From the NCBI GenBank assembly GCA_030390025.1, contig CM059431.1:148244001-148308000 (forward strand): a DNA stretch of 64,000 bases. Direction: 5' to 3'. The translations under genes and the position numbers were made by a program. The notes beneath the pieces are model-generated. The model was not told where the DNA came from and did no database searches. It saw only the letters and a program-made list of their open reading frames with translations. This DNA is from Squalus acanthias (lineage: Eukaryota). Positions 61,893 through 64,000 of this stretch are shown piece after piece. Position 1 is the first letter of the stretch. Every line of letters begins with the position of its first letter.

Positions 61893-63066
61893 ATTTTTTT
61901 ATTCATTCTTTGGATGTGGATGTCGTTGGCAATGCCACCATTTATTGTCCATCCATAATTGTCCTGGAGAAGGTGGTGGTGAGCCACCTTATACAACTGA
62001 GTGGCTTGCTAGGCCATTACAGAGGGCAGCGAAGAGACAACGACATTGCTGTGGGTCTGGAGTCACATTATGGACACAATGGGCTGGATTTTGATACTGG
62101 GGCGGATTGGGGTCGTGTCATCCGCATTTCGTGTTATCCAACCGACTGCAATTGGATGTGGGAGATTGATGCAATTTTCACCTATTTGGGCATTTGCGTT
62201 CCAGCATGTGGGAACCCATGAAGCAATTAGTGTTTTCAGTCTGAAAGTCGCCTCTGATGATGTCATCATTGCTGCTGCATTGAAGGTCAGAGACTGCCTG
62301 GCCTTTGCTGTGAGAGGACTTGGATGCACAATGAGCAGGAGAGAGCGAGAGAGAGAGAGAGAGAGAGATTGAGATTTTTTGCATCCAGGTCCTCTCACAG
62401 CAAAGGCCAGGCAGCCTCCAAAGACCTTCAATGCAGCAGCATCAGAGGCAACTATCAGACCTAATACTACGACTACCTTCATCACATCTCCGTTGTAATA
62501 GTGGACCTGTCGCTCATAGTCAGCTATCCAAATGTGCTCCCGCCAGTTTTCACAATCGTGGTTCAGAACAGGCATGCGTCACGCAGATCAAGGGTTGAAA
62601 TCAGAAAGGCCTTTCAAAATGGCATTCTAGAGCCAATTTAGTGCTTGTTAAGGGCCTTAACAGCCTGTCCCATCTCTTAAAGGCGGGACGGAGTCGGGAC
62701 CAGCAGACACGATTTAATGAAAATTGCATGGAGGCGGGATGGAGGCGGACTTGTGCCCGCCCGCCCGCCAGTTTTCGCAATTTTAACCCCCCACACGCCT
62801 CCAAACCCGCCTCCACGGGTCAATGAAAATCCAGCCCAATATATAAGGACGGCAGATTTCCTTCCCTAAAAGACAATAGTGAACCAGATGTGTTTTTACG
62901 ACAATCCGGTAGTTTCATGGTTACCATTACTGACGCAATCTTTTTTCAAGAATTGTTTGATGAAATGAATTTAACTTCCCCAGCTGGTGGGATTTGAACT
63001 CAGGATTAATCGTCCCGGCATCTTATTTACTTGTCGAGCAACATAACCACTATGTAACTGTAGCCT
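61893..63066 (-). mobile_element. tRNA-derived SINE (paralogue of 28163-28572) interrupted by a MITE
   Basis: Reverse-complement match on both sides of 62081-62837. Confidence 0.75.
62081..62837. mobile_element. MITE family 3 (PIF/Harbinger-like)
   Basis: Perfect 12-bp TIR GGGCTGGATTTT / AAAATCCAGCCC, TSD AAT, empty site at 28387-28389. Confidence 0.93.
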
Positions 63067-63509
63067 TCAAATATATCGCTGTTCATTCATCGGCACTTGG
63101 TCAAAAGCCTGAAATTCCTTCTATAACTGTAACACCTTCAGCACACGGACTGCAGCGGCTCAAGATGAAGGCCCAGCATTTGCTCATGGGTAACTCGGGA
63201 TGGGAATGTAATTCCGGTCTTGACAGCGTCACCCATATCCTGAGAACAAATAAATATAAATATTAAAATGGGATTAAAAAAACTGATTTTGAAATTCACT
63301 GATTGAAACCAGGCGAGGCCTGTGATCAGAGCGGGTCGTCATGGTCCGCCAAACAAATTGTCAACACAACTTGTCTCAACAATTCTATGGTTTTATGAAT
63401 GATACTGCTCACACTTTTCCAATTTCCCTATCCTTTCAAAAGGTGCTTGACAAAGTACCACCTATTACCAAAGTTGAAGCCCTTGGGATTAAAGTGGCAG
63501 TGGCAACAG

Positions 63510-64000
63510 TGCGAGGTATATCAGTATTACAGTGAGTGGTGTGGAGAGTAACAGTCCAGGGTATGGCATTTATCAGAGTGTTAGAGTGAGGGATGTGGGG
63601 TATATCAGTGTGTTCGAGTGATGGGTGTGGGGTATATCAGAGTGTTAGAGTGAGGGGTGTGGGGTATATCAGAGTGTTACATTGAGTAGCGTGGGGTATA
63701 TCAGAGTGTTACATTGAGGGGCTTGGGGTATATCAGAAGATTTCAGTGAGGGGTGTGGGGTATATCAGAGTGTTACATTGAGTAGTGTGGGGTATATCAG
63801 AGTGTTAGAGTGAGGGGTGTGGGGTATATCAGAGTGTTACATTGAGTAGTGTGGGGTATATCAGAGTGTTACATTGAGGGGCTTGGGGTATTTCAGAGTA
63901 TTTCAGTGAGGGGTGTGGGGTATATCGGAGTGCTACAGTAAGGGGTATATCAGGGTGTTACAGTGAGGGCTGTCGGGTATTGCGGTCTCGTAAAGTGAAG
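63510..64000. repeat. ~32-bp minisatellite, inverse of 27000-27725
   Basis: gtgtggggtatatcagagtgttac units. Confidence 0.9.

Noticed and set aside
27170..64000. Inverted arms as TIRs of a giant DNA transposon (Polinton/Teratorn)
   Set aside because: Arms are diverged stacks of ordinary retroelements, and no transposase, integrase, polymerase or capsid ORF lies between them

Overview
Eukaryotic, repeat-dominated DNA, most likely from a cartilaginous fish (inferred from the CR1/HER1-type LINEs, Deu-domain SINE and GPR139-like receptor). Host genes: four exons of an ABCG half-transporter carrying a 1-bp frameshift and a broken splice acceptor (10458-18753, +), and an apparently intact two-exon GPR139/GPR142-like class A GPCR (51684-55307, +, 337 aa). 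The rest is nested CR1 LINEs (one nearly intact and full length at 19786-24578, -), a second CR1-group LINE family, L2, RTE and SINE fragments, five TIR miniature elements (three with clear 3-bp TSDs), and many minisatellites. Two interleaved inverted segmental duplications structure the window: 1-3700 vs 43258-45230, and about 27170-35230 vs 55428-64000. The most interesting signal is at the CR1 ORF1/ORF2 junction. ORF1 ends in an in-frame T_TTA_AAC slippery heptamer directly before its stop codon, and in the near-intact copy the -1 frame opens straight into an ORF2 whose endonuclease domain has no AUG. This suggests programmed -1 ribosomal frameshifting. All alignments were done by eye and repeat boundaries are approximate.
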